In this document: piece after piece, positions 20,976 through 33,060 of the stretch
How the letters are laid out: the number at the start of each line of letters is the position of its first letter
Position numbering within the stretch: position 1 is the stretch's first letter
Source: Paramoeba atlantica
Lineage: Eukaryota; Protista; Discosea
Direction: 5' to 3'
DNA length: 37,264 nucleotides
Assembly (NCBI GenBank): GCA_977017575.1
Contig: CDRNVI010000096.1
Span: 1 to 37,264, forward strand
Program-made: the position numbers and the translations under genes
The notes under the pieces: generated by a model
What the model saw: only the letters and a program-made list of their open reading frames with translations
Databases searched by the model: none
What the model was told of the DNA's origin: nothing

Positions 20976-21056
20976 GCGTCCATACCCAAGTGGTTAAGGG
21001 GCCTGACTTGAAATCAGGTGTGTTCTCAGGCGCAGGTTCGAACCCTGCTGGGCGCG
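20976..21056 (+). tRNA. trnS(UGA): tRNA-Ser(UGA), copy 8, variable-arm variant
   Basis: Same CAGG variant as copy 7. Confidence 0.88.
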
Positions 21057-22466
21057 TTTTTGCGATTCTCTTCGTTCACAATCGTGTGGCCGCTTTTGGG
21101 CGCGCGCGAGAGACGCAACGTGAATCGCAGAAGCAATGGTACATTTTAGGGTATTTTCTTTGCTGAAATGAAGTCTTTTTGGCCTGTGTAGCAGATGACG
21201 TTTTGGCGGCAGAGACGGTGAATGGGTAGATGGCCGTGCGCGTGTCAAATGTAAAAGCCCGAAAAGTGTACCGCTTTTTAGCGCATCATATCTTAAAATT
21301 CAAAATGACGTCAGATTTACCTCTTTCCGCCTGCACGGTGAAGGGGGGTTTTCAGATATCTCTGGACGGGACGTTTGCATGACTTCCGTGCATGGCGTGC
21401 GTCGATTGCGAAACGCCGAACCAGCAAGCTACACCTCCTGAGTGGTCGTGCTTCGCGCGATATTTTCTGTAGAGATAGAGTTTTTCCGTTAGTCAGTATG
21501 ATTGCGAAACAAAACGTGGGTTTCGCCAGTCCACTTTTTGTCCGTTCTTCCCTGAATCAAATCTTAAACAATTTTAACCCTTTCTAATTGATGAGCGTTC
21601 TGATCGCTCGTGCTTTGCTCTGATATTTGCTTTGGGCACTCTTTTCACATGATTTCACTGATACTATAAGACTTCCCCTCTTCTAACGCAAGAATTTGTT
21701 GTCATCGGACATTCTTTTAGTCAAATCAATGCTTGATTGCACAAGCTTCCTGCATCTCAAGGGGGGGGGTTGTATTTCTCTACACCTCTTTCACTTTTCA
21801 CCTGCTCTTCCAAGCAACAGGGTCACAGGGCGCGCGCGTATTGTAATAGTGTGGTGGAAAAACGTCGGTTTCACACGAAACTCGCATCCACCGTGCGACC
21901 CCATTCCGTGGAGAACGATCTTTGTTTTCTTCGATCGCACTGATTCCGTTAGATGCACAGAGCGTGATTTCACGTGAATCGAACAATTCCGCGAGATGTT
22001 TTACTTGGGGCAAAGCAGGGCAGCACATGAACAATGAAAACAGGACGCGCAATGGCGCGGAACACCTTCCACGTGACACCTTCCGAAACGCGTTCTGCAC
22101 AATCCAGGTATAAAACAACGAATTTCTTCGCCCGGCCGTTGCAAAGACCCACCCCTTACCGATAGATTTCGTAGCTCTGCTCTAAACGTGAACGCATCGT
22201 GCTCAACCTCTCTTCCCGACTATGTCATCGCAAAAATTGTATGTGTCACTTCTGGGCCGTTCGCATGGGCATGTGTTGGGCACACTCAAACCCCCATTGC
22301 ATTCATCAATGCGACCTACGGTTGTGAATGTCGCCTTGCTTGGGGGGGGGGGGGGCTGTAAGGATCGTTAAGCGAGCGAAATCGGGGAGTTTCCATTATG
22401 ACATGAATTAGCAAGGTAAAGTGCACCGCTATGGACACACAAAATTCGAGACACACCACGACGGAA

Positions 22467-22547
22467 GCGTCCATACCCAAGTGGTTAAGGGGCCTGACTT
22501 GAAATCAGGTGTGTTCTCAGGCGCAGGTTCGAACCCTGCTGGGCGCG
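22467..22547 (+). tRNA. trnS(UGA): tRNA-Ser(UGA), copy 9, variable-arm variant
   Basis: Same CAGG variant as copy 7. Confidence 0.88.
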
Positions 22548-23343
22548 TTTTTGCGATTCTCTTCGTTCACAATCGTGTGGCCGCTTTTGGGCGCGCGCGA
22601 GAGACGCAACGTGAATCGCAGAAGCAATGGTACATTTTAGGGTATTTTCTTTGCTGAAATGAAGTCTTTTTGGCCTGTGTAGCAGATGACGTTTTGGCGG
22701 CAGAGACGGTGAATGGGTAGATGGCCGTGCGCGTGTCAAATGTAAAAGCCCGAAAAGTGTACCGCTTTTTAGCGCATCATATCTTAAAATTCAAAATGAC
22801 GTCAGATTTACCTCTTTCCGCCTGCACGGTGAAGGGGGGTTTTCAGATATCTCTGGACGGGACGTTTGCATGACTTCCGTGCATGGCGTGCGTCGATTGC
22901 GAAACGCCGAACCAGCAAGCTACACCTCCTGAGTGGTCGTGCTTCGCGCGATATTTTCTGTAGAGATAGAGTTTTTCCGTTAGTCAGTATGATTGCGAAA
23001 CAAAACGTGGGTTTCGCCAGTCCACTTTTTGTCCGTTCTTCCCTGAATCAAATCTTAAACAATTTTAACCCTTTCTAATTGATGAGCGTTCTGATCGCTC
23101 GTGCTTTGCTCTGATATTTGCTTTGGGTACTCTTTTCACATGATTTCACTGATACTATAAGACTTCCCCTCTTCTAACGCAAGAATTTGTTGTCATCGGA
23201 CATTCTTTTAGTCAAATCAATGCTTGATTGCACAAGCTTCCTGCATCTCAAGGGGGGGGGTTGTATTTCTCTACACCTCTTTCACTTTTCACCTGCTCTT
23301 CCAAGCAACAGGGTCACAGGGCGCGCGCGTATTGTAATAGTGT

Positions 23344-24840
23344 CTTGTTGACTCTTACCGCTATCTGGGAAACATTCAGGATTCAGGCGTTTCTTCGCCA
23401 GTAAAAGACCGCTTAAGGCTCACCTGGGCCGCATTTCGGAAGCTCAAGGGCATTTGGGACTCGCCACTGAGTGCATCAACAAAACTGCGTTTGTTTGATT
23501 GCCTCGTTTACCCAATCATGACCTTTGGTGCCGCTTCGCTTTCCATATCCAACAAAATGCTTCGGCAAACAGAAGTTGAGCTCAATATGATGCGAAGATT
23601 TTGCTGTAATTGTGCTAAATTGGACGAGTTTGGACACTGCTACCCTATCGAGTCACTTTATTGCGGCACTCCTCGTTTCTCCACCGTACATCGCGTTAGT
23701 CGGGCTAAAATTGTTGGTCACATTCTAAGGCACTCATTCATGTTTCGAGATCTTATCCAGTGGAAATGCAGCGATAGGAAACGAAATCTCTCACCAAGCG
23801 AAGCTTGCTTTCACGATCTGGACATTACCGAAGAACAAGCCCTCGTATACGCTCAGGATCGAGATCACTGGAAAAAGTTATGTGAAGATTTAAAGGTAGC
23901 ACTCGAACCGCTTCCGGATTACGAAAGACTCTCTTCTCCTAGATGGAAAAGTAAACATGCCCACGCCTTGAAGCAAGATACGCCTTACGATTTGCAATTT
24001 GTCGAAGAAAGTTCTGATCCTTTTCCATTAAAAGATGATGAGGTTCACTTCTATATTGATGGTTCAGTCCGTGCCTTGCGGGTGACAAACGAGATCAGAG
24101 CAGGTGCTGGAATTGTTGTGCTTCAACGATGGACAACCGATAAATGTTTTTCCTTAACATTAGATATTGATAGTGCCGAGCAAGCTGAGGCTGAATCTTT
24201 TCGAGAGGCGCTTAAAAGAATACCGGACGGAGCAAAAGATATCGTAGTACACACAGATTCGTTCTATGTGTGGAACTTCTTTCATCACGTTCGCATCCGG
24301 AGACGGGTAATAGGGTATGACCGCGTCGTCAACAGAAACATTCTACAAGATATAGATCATCAGGTGCGGAAACTAAAATCTCAGAATGTTAATTTGTATG
24401 TGTGCAAAGTTAAATCTCATAATGGGAACGAATATAACGACAAAGCTGATGTCTTGGCTCTTTCGGCGTCACGAAGGCCGTTAAAATCACAAGAGGCAAA
24501 GAGGTTGAAGACGACAAAAGCTCCTTCTTCTTCTTCTTCTGACCCAATATCCTCGCCAGAAGCGACACTCATATTGCGCCCAAGAAGGAATGTTGACACT
24601 ATTTCATCCAAACGCAAGAATAACACTACTGCAAGTGGGGCTCTATCCAAAAAGGGTAGCTCACTGTCTGGAGAGCCTGGAGTGAAACCGTCTGAAAAAA
24701 CGAATGCTATGATCCTGAGTAGGCCTGATGTCGGTAAAGAAAAAAGTTGCAAGGGAAATAGGGAGTCTGATAAGATCGTGGAAACAAAGGGAAAGAAGTC
24801 TCCCAAGAGAAAGAAGGCTTCACGAAAATTAGAACAGTAG
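23344..24840 (+). CDS. Truncated RT thumb, RNase H, basic tail ORF, copy 7
   Basis: As copy 1 except one V>I change (G>A at 24166) inside the RNase H domain (ORF track 23491-24840). Confidence 0.88.
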   Translation, partial: LVDSYRYLGNIQDSGVSSPVKDRLRLTWAAFRKLKGIWDSPLSASTKLRLFDCLVYPIMTFGAASLSISNKMLRQTEVELNMMRRFCCNCAKLDEFGHCYPIESLYCGTPRFSTVHRVSRAKIVGHILRHSFMFRDLIQWKCSDRKRNLSPSEACFHDLDITEEQALVYAQDRDHWKKLCEDLKVALEPLPDYERLSSPRWKSKHAHALKQDTPYDLQFVEESSDPFPLKDDEVHFYIDGSVRALRVTNEIRAGAGIVVLQRWTTDKCFSLTLDIDSAEQAEAESFREALKRIPDGAKDIVVHTDSFYVWNFFHHVRIRRRVIGYDRVVNRNILQDIDHQVRKLKSQNVNLYVCKVKSHNGNEYNDKADVLALSASRRPLKSQEAKRLKTTKAPSSSSSDPISSPEATLILRPRRNVDTISSKRKNNTTASGALSKKGSSLSGEPGVKPSEKTNAMILSRPDVGKEKSCKGNRESDKIVETKGKKSPKRKKASRKLEQ

Positions 24841-24891
24841 TATCTTTAATCGGTTTTTAACCGATCTATTAGGATAGGATAGGATAGGAGG
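23344..24891 (+). mobile_element. 5'-truncated non-LTR retrotransposon, copy 7
   Basis: Same ends and TSD as copy 1. Confidence 0.93.
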
Positions 24892-25519
24892 ATTGTAATA
24901 GTGTGGTGGAAAAACGTCGGTTTCACACGAAACTCGCATCCACCGTGCGACCCCATTCCGTGGAGAACGATCTTTGTTTTCTTCGATCGCACTGATTCCG
25001 TTAGATGCACAGAGCGTGATTTCACGTGAATCGAACAATTCCGCGAGATGTTTTACTTGGGGCAAAGCAGGGCAGCACATGAACAATGAAAACAGGACGC
25101 GCAATGGCGCGGAACACCTTCCACGTGACACCTTCCGAAACGCGTTCTGCACAATCCAGGTATAAAACAACGAATTTCTTCGCCCGGCCGTTGCAAAGAC
25201 CCACCCCTTACCGATAGATTTCGTAGCTCTGCTCTAAACGTGAACGCATCGTGCTCAACCTCTCTTCCCGACTATGTCATCGCAAAAATTGTATGTGTCA
25301 CTTCTGGGCCGTTCGCATGGGCATGTGTTGGGCACACTCAAACCCCCATTTCATTCATCAATGCGACCTACGGTTGTGAATGTCGCCTTGCTTGGGGGGG
25401 GGGGGGGGCTGTAAGGATCGTTAAGCGAGCGAAATCGGGGAGTTTCCATTATGACATGAATTAGCAAGGTAAAGTGCACCGCTATGGACACACAAAATTC
25501 GAGACACACCACGACGGAA

Positions 25520-25600
25520 GCGTCCATACCCAAGTGGTTAAGGGGCCTGACTTGAAATCAGGTGTGTTCTCACGCGCAGGTTCGAACCCTGCTGGGCGCG
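25520..25600 (+). tRNA. trnS(UGA): tRNA-Ser(UGA), copy 10, fully paired
   Basis: Identical to copy 2. Confidence 0.96.
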
Positions 25601-27011
25601 TTTTTGCGATTCTCTTCGTTCACAATCGTGTGGCCGCTTTTGGGCGCGCGCGAGAGACGCAACGTGAATCGCAGAAGCAATGGTACATTTTAGGGTATTT
25701 TCTTTGCTGAAATGAAGTCTTTTTGGCCTGTGTAGCAGATGACGTTTTGGCGGCAGAGACGGTGAATGGGTAGATGGCCGTGCGCGTGTCAAATGTAAAA
25801 GCCCGAAAAGTGTACCGCTTTTTAGCGCATCATATCTTAAAATTCAAAATGACGTCAGATTTACCTCTTTCCGCCTGCACGGTGAAGGGGGGTTTTCAGA
25901 TATCTCTGGACGCGACGTTTGCATGACTTCCGTGCATGGCGTGCGTCGATTGCGAAACGCCGAACCAGCAAGCTACACCTCCTGAGTGGTCGTGCTTCGC
26001 GCGATATTTTCTGTAGAGATAGAGTTTTTCCGTTAGTCAGTATGATTGCGAAACAAAACGTGGGTTTCGCCAGTCCACTTTTTGTCCGTTCTTCCCTGAA
26101 TCAAATCTTAAACAATTTTAACCCTTTCTAATTGATGAGCGTTCTGATCGCTCGTGCTTTGCTCTGATATTTGCTTTGGGCACTCTTTTCACATGATTTC
26201 ACTGATACTATAAGACTTCCCCTCTTCTAACGCAAGAATTTGTTGTCATCGGACATTCTTTTAGTCAAATCAATGCTTGATTGCACAAGCTTCCTGCATC
26301 TCAAGGGGGGGGGTTGTATTTCTCTACACCTCTTTCACTTTTCACCTGCTCTTCCAAGCAACAGGGTCACAGGGCGCGCGCGTATTGTAATAGTGTGGTG
26401 GAAAAACGTCGGTTTCACACGAAACTCGCATCCACCGTGCGACCCCATTCCGTGGAGAACGATCTTTGTTTTCTTCGATCGCACTGATTCCGTTAGATGC
26501 ACAGAGCGTGATTTCACGTGAATCGAACAATTCCGCGAGATGTTTTACTTGGGGCAAAGCAGGGCAGCACATGAACAATGAAAACAGGACGCGCAATGGC
26601 GCGGAACACCTTCCACGTGACACCTTCCGAAACGCGTTCTGCACAATCCAGGTATAAAACAACGAATTTCTTCGCCCGGCCGTTGCAAAGACCCACCCCT
26701 TACCGATAGATTTCGTAGCTCTGCTCTAAACGTGAACGCATCGTGCTCAACCTCTCTTCCCGACTATGTCATCGCAAAAATTGTATGTGTCACTTCTGGG
26801 CCGTTCGCATGGGCATGTGTTGGGCACACTCAAACCCCCATTGCATTCATCAATGCGACCTACGGTTGTGAATGTCGCCTTGCTTGGGGGGGGGGGGGGG
26901 CTGTAAGGATCGTTAAGCGAGCGAAATCGGGGAGTTTCCATTATGACATGAATTAGCAAGGTAAAGTGCACCGCTATGGACACACAAAATTCGAGACACA
27001 CCACGACGGAA

Positions 27012-27092
27012 GCGTCCATACCCAAGTGGTTAAGGGGCCTGACTTGAAATCAGGTGTGTTCTCACGCGCAGGTTCGAACCGTGCTGGGCGCG
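27012..27092 (+). tRNA. trnS(UGA): tRNA-Ser(UGA), copy 11, T-stem variant
   Basis: C>G at 27081 (CCTGC to CGTGC) turns the G52-C62 pair into a G/G mismatch. Confidence 0.82.
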
Positions 27093-28503
27093 TTTTTGCG
27101 ATTCTCTTCGTTCACAATCGTGTGGCCGCTTTTGGGCGCGCGCGAGAGACGCAACGTGAATCGCAGAAGCAATGGTACATTTTAGGGTATTTTCTTTGCT
27201 GAAATGAAGTCTTTTTGGCCTGTGTAGCAGATGACGTTTTGGCGGCAGAGACGGTGAATGGGTAGATGGCCGTGCGCGTGTCAAATGTAAAAGCCCGAAA
27301 AGTGTACCGCTTTTTAGCGCATCATATCTTAAAATTCAAAATGACGTCAGATTTACCTCTTTCCGCCTGCACGGTGAAGGGGGGTTTTCAGATATCTCTG
27401 GACGCGACGTTTGCATGACTTCCGTGCATGGCGTGCGTCGATTGCGAAACGCCGAACCAGCAAGCTACACCTCCTGAGTGGTCGTGCTTCGCGCGATATT
27501 TTCTGTAGAGATAGAGTTTTTCCGTTAGTCAGTATGATTGCGAAACAAAACGTGGGTTTCGCCAGTCCACTTTTTGTCCGTTCTTCCCTGAATCAAATCT
27601 TAAACAATTTTAACCCTTTCTAATTGATGAGCGTTCTGATCGCTCGTGCTTTGCTCTGATATTTGCTTTGGGCACTCTTTTCACATGATTTCACTGATAC
27701 TATAAGACTTCCCCTCTTCTAACGCAAGAATTTGTTGTCATCGGACATTCTTTTAGTCAAATCAATGCTTGATTGCACAAGCTTCCTGCATCTCAAGGGG
27801 GGGGGTTGTATTTCTCTACACCTCTTTCACTTTTCACCTGCTCTTCCAAGCAACAGGGTCACAGGGCGCGCGCGTATTGTAATAGTGTGGTGGAAAAACG
27901 TCGGTTTCACACGAAACTCGCATCCACCGTGCGACCCCATTCCGTGGAGAACGATCTTTGTTTTCTTCGATCGCACTGATTCCGTTAGATGCACAGAGCG
28001 TGATTTCACGTGAATCGAACAATTCCGCGAGATGTTTTACTTGGGGCAAAGCAGGGCAGCACATGAACAATGAAAACAGGACGCGCAATGGCGCGGAACA
28101 CCTTCCACGTGACACCTTCCGAAACGCGTTCTGCACAATCCAGGTATAAAACAACGAATTTCTTCGCCCGGCCGTTGCAAAGACCCACCCCTTACCGATA
28201 GATTTCGTAGCTCTGCTCTAAACGTGAACGCATCGTGCTCAACCTCTCTTCCCGACTATGTCATCGCAAAAATTGTATGTGTCACTTCTGGGCCGTTCGC
28301 ATGGGCATGTGTTGGGCACACTCAAACCCCCATTGCATTCATCAATGCGACCTACGGTTGTGAATGTCGCCTTGCTTGGGGGGGGGGGGGGGCTGTAAGG
28401 ATCGTTAAGCGAGCGAAATCGGGGAGTTTCCATTATGACATGAATTAGCAAGGTAAAGTGCACCGCTATGGACACACAAAATTCGAGACACACCACGACG
28501 GAA

Positions 28504-28584
28504 GCGTCCATACCCAAGTGGTTAAGGGGCCTGACTTGAAATCAGGTGTGTTCTCACGCGCAGGTTCGAACCGTGCTGGGCGCG
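28504..28584 (+). tRNA. trnS(UGA): tRNA-Ser(UGA), copy 12, T-stem variant
   Basis: Identical to copy 11. Confidence 0.82.
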
Positions 28585-29995
28585 TTTTTGCGATTCTCTT
28601 CGTTCACAATCGTGTGGCCGCTTTTGGGCGCGCGCGAGAGACGCAACGTGAATCGCAGAAGCAATGGTACATTTTAGGGTATTTTCTTTGCTGAAATGAA
28701 GTCTTTTTGGCCTGTGTAGCAGATGACGTTTTGGCGGCAGAGACGGTGAATGGGTAGATGGCCGTGCGCGTGTCAAATGTAAAAGCCCGAAAAGTGTACC
28801 GCTTTTTAGCGCATCATATCTTAAAATTCAAAATGACGTCAGATTTACCTCTTTCCGCCTGCACGGTGAAGGGGGGTTTTCAGATATCTCTGGACGCGAC
28901 GTTTGCATGACTTCCGTGCATGGCGTGCGTCGATTGCGAAACGCCGAACCAGCAAGCTACACCTCCTGAGTGGTCGTGCTTCGCGCGATATTTTCTGTAG
29001 AGATAGAGTTTTTCCGTTAGTCAGTATGATTGCGAAACAAAACGTGGGTTTCGCCAGTCCACTTTTTGTCCGTTCTTCCCTGAATCAAATCTTAAACAAT
29101 TTTAACCCTTTCTAATTGATGAGCGTTCTGATCGCTCGTGCTTTGCTCTGATATTTGCTTTGGGCACTCTTTTCACATGATTTCACTGATACTATAAGAC
29201 TTCCCCTCTTCTAACGCAAGAATTTGTTGTCATCGGACATTCTTTTAGTCAAATCAATGCTTGATTGCACAAGCTTCCTGCATCTCAAGGGGGGGGGTTG
29301 TATTTCTCTACACCTCTTTCACTTTTCACCTGCTCTTCCAAGCAACAGGGTCACAGGGCGCGCGCGTATTGTAATAGTGTGGTGGAAAAACGTCGGTTTC
29401 ACACGAAACTCGCATCCACCGTGCGACCCCATTCCGTGGAGAACGATCTTTGTTTTCTTCGATCGCACTGATTCCGTTAGATGCACAGAGCGTGATTTCA
29501 CGTGAATCGAACAATTCCGCGAGATGTTTTACTTGGGGCAAAGCAGGGCAGCACATGAACAATGAAAACAGGACGCGCAATGGCGCGGAACACCTTCCAC
29601 GTGACACCTTCCGAAACGCGTTCTGCACAATCCAGGTATAAAACAACGAATTTCTTCGCCCGGCCGTTGCAAAGACCCACCCCTTACCGATAGATTTCGT
29701 AGCTCTGCTCTAAACGTGAACGCATCGTGCTCAACCTCTCTTCCCGACTATGTCATCGCAAAAATTGTATGTGTCACTTCTGGGCCGTTCGCATGGGCAT
29801 GTGTTGGGCACACTCAAACCCCCATTGCATTCATCAATGCGACCTACGGTTGTGAATGTCGCCTTGCTTGGGGGGGGGGGGGGGCTGTAAGGATCGTTAA
29901 GCGAGCGAAATCGGGGAGTTTCCATTATGACATGAATTAGCAAGGTAAAGTGCACCGCTATGGACACACAAAATTCGAGACACACCACGACGGAA

Positions 29996-30076
29996 GCGTC
30001 CATACCCAAGTGGTTAAGGGGCCTGACTTGAAATCAGGTGTGTTCTCACGCGCAGGTTCGAACCGTGCTGGGCGCG
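29996..30076 (+). tRNA. trnS(UGA): tRNA-Ser(UGA), copy 13, T-stem variant
   Basis: Identical to copy 11. Confidence 0.82.
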
Positions 30077-31487
30077 TTTTTGCGATTCTCTTCGTTCACA
30101 ATCGTGTGGCCGCTTTTGGGCGCGCGCGAGAGACGCAACGTGAATCGCAGAAGCAATGGTACATTTTAGGGTATTTTCTTTGCTGAAATGAAGTCTTTTT
30201 GGCCTGTGTAGCAGATGACGTTTTGGCGGCAGAGACGGTGAATGGGTAGATGGCCGTGCGCGTGTCAAATGTAAAAGCCCGAAAAGTGTACCGCTTTTTA
30301 GCGCATCATATCTTAAAATTCAAAATGACGTCAGATTTACCTCTTTCCGCCTGCACGGTGAAGGGGGGTTTTCAGATATCTCTGGACGCGACGTTTGCAT
30401 GACTTCCGTGCATGGCGTGCGTCGATTGCGAAACGCCGAACCAGCAAGCTACACCTCCTGAGTGGTCGTGCTTCGCGCGATATTTTCTGTAGAGATAGAG
30501 TTTTTCCGTTAGTCAGTATGATTGCGAAACAAAACGTGGGTTTCGCCAGTCCACTTTTTGTCCGTTCTTCCCTGAATCAAATCTTAAACAATTTTAACCC
30601 TTTCTAATTGATGAGCGTTCTGATCGCTCGTGCTTTGCTCTGATATTTGCTTTGGGCACTCTTTTCACATGATTTCACTGATACTATAAGACTTCCCCTC
30701 TTCTAACGCAAGAATTTGTTGTCATCGGACATTCTTTTAGTCAAATCAATGCTTGATTGCACAAGCTTCCTGCATCTCAAGGGGGGGGGTTGTATTTCTC
30801 TACACCTCTTTCACTTTTCACCTGCTCTTCCAAGCAACAGGGTCACAGGGCGCGCGCGTATTGTAATAGTGTGGTGGAAAAACGTCGGTTTCACACGAAA
30901 CTCGCATCCACCGTGCGACCCCATTCCGTGGAGAACGATCTTTGTTTTCTTCGATCGCACTGATTCCGTTAGATGCACAGAGCGTGATTTCACGTGAATC
31001 GAACAATTCCGCGAGATGTTTTACTTGGGGCAAAGCAGGGCAGCACATGAACAATGAAAACAGGACGCGCAATGGCGCGGAACACCTTCCACGTGACACC
31101 TTCCGAAACGCGTTCTGCACAATCCAGGTATAAAACAACGAATTTCTTCGCCCGGCCGTTGCAAAGACCCACCCCTTACCGATAGATTTCGTAGCTCTGC
31201 TCTAAACGTGAACGCATCGTGCTCAACCTCTCTTCCCGACTATGTCATCGCAAAAATTGTATGTGTCACTTCTGGGCCGTTCGCATGGGCATGTGTTGGG
31301 CACACTCAAACCCCCATTGCATTCATCAATGCGACCTACGGTTGTGAATGTCGCCTTGCTTGGGGGGGGGGGGGGGCTGTAAGGATCGTTAAGCGAGCGA
31401 AATCGGGGAGTTTCCATTATGACATGAATTAGCAAGGTAAAGTGCACCGCTATGGACACACAAAATTCGAGACACACCACGACGGAA

Positions 31488-31568
31488 GCGTCCATACCCA
31501 AGTGGTTAAGGGGCCTGACTTGAAATCAGGTGTGTTCTCACGCGCAGGTTCGAACCGTGCTGGGCGCG
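31488..31568 (+). tRNA. trnS(UGA): tRNA-Ser(UGA), copy 14, T-stem variant
   Basis: Identical to copy 11. Confidence 0.82.
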
Positions 31569-32979
31569 TTTTTGCGATTCTCTTCGTTCACAATCGTGTG
31601 GCCGCTTTTGGGCGCGCGCGAGAGACGCAACGTGAATCGCAGAAGCAATGGTACATTTTAGGGTATTTTCTTTGCTGAAATGAAGTCTTTTTGGCCTGTG
31701 TAGCAGATGACGTTTTGGCGGCAGAGACGGTGAATGGGTAGATGGCCGTGCGCGTGTCAAATGTAAAAGCCCGAAAAGTGTACCGCTTTTTAGCGCATCA
31801 TATCTTAAAATTCAAAATGACGTCAGATTTACCTCTTTCCGCCTGCACGGTGAAGGGGGGTTTTCAGATATCTCTGGACGCGACGTTTGCATGACTTCCG
31901 TGCATGGCGTGCGTCGATTGCGAAACGCCGAACCAGCAAGCTACACCTCCTGAGTGGTCGTGCTTCGCGCGATATTTTCTGTAGAGATAGAGTTTTTCCG
32001 TTAGTCAGTATGATTGCGAAACAAAACGTGGGTTTCGCCAGTCCACTTTTTGTCCGTTCTTCCCTGAATCAAATCTTAAACAATTTTAACCCTTTCTAAT
32101 TGATGAGCGTTCTGATCGCTCGTGCTTTGCTCTGATATTTGCTTTGGGCACTCTTTTCACATGATTTCACTGATACTATAAGACTTCCCCTCTTCTAACG
32201 CAAGAATTTGTTGTCATCGGACATTCTTTTAGTCAAATCAATGCTTGATTGCACAAGCTTCCTGCATCTCAAGGGGGGGGGTTGTATTTCTCTACACCTC
32301 TTTCACTTTTCACCTGCTCTTCCAAGCAACAGGGTCACAGGGCGCGCGCGTATTGTAATAGTGTGGTGGAAAAACGTCGGTTTCACACGAAACTCGCATC
32401 CACCGTGCGACCCCATTCCGTGGAGAACGATCTTTGTTTTCTTCGATCGCACTGATTCCGTTAGATGCACAGAGCGTGATTTCACGTGAATCGAACAATT
32501 CCGCGAGATGTTTTACTTGGGGCAAAGCAGGGCAGCACATGAACAATGAAAACAGGACGCGCAATGGCGCGGAACACCTTCCACGTGACACCTTCCGAAA
32601 CGCGTTCTGCACAATCCAGGTATAAAACAACGAATTTCTTCGCCCGGCCGTTGCAAAGACCCACCCCTTACCGATAGATTTCGTAGCTCTGCTCTAAACG
32701 TGAACGCATCGTGCTCAACCTCTCTTCCCGACTATGTCATCGCAAAAATTGTATGTGTCACTTCTGGGCCGTTCGCATGGGCATGTGTTGGGCACACTCA
32801 AACCCCCATTGCATTCATCAATGCGACCTACGGTTGTGAATGTCGCCTTGCTTGGGGGGGGGGGGGGGCTGTAAGGATCGTTAAGCGAGCGAAATCGGGG
32901 AGTTTCCATTATGACATGAATTAGCAAGGTAAAGTGCACCGCTATGGACACACAAAATTCGAGACACACCACGACGGAA

Positions 32980-33060
32980 GCGTCCATACCCAAGTGGTTA
33001 AGGGGCCTGACTTGAAATCAGGTGTGTTCTCACGCGCAGGTTCGAACCGTGCTGGGCGCG
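32980..33060 (+). tRNA. trnS(UGA): tRNA-Ser(UGA), copy 15, T-stem variant
   Basis: Identical to copy 11. Confidence 0.82.

Noticed and set aside
2054-24891. Purifying selection on the ORF inferred from seven intact copies
   Set aside because: Copies are almost identical (one amino-acid change visible), so intact frames reflect recent duplication rather than selection.
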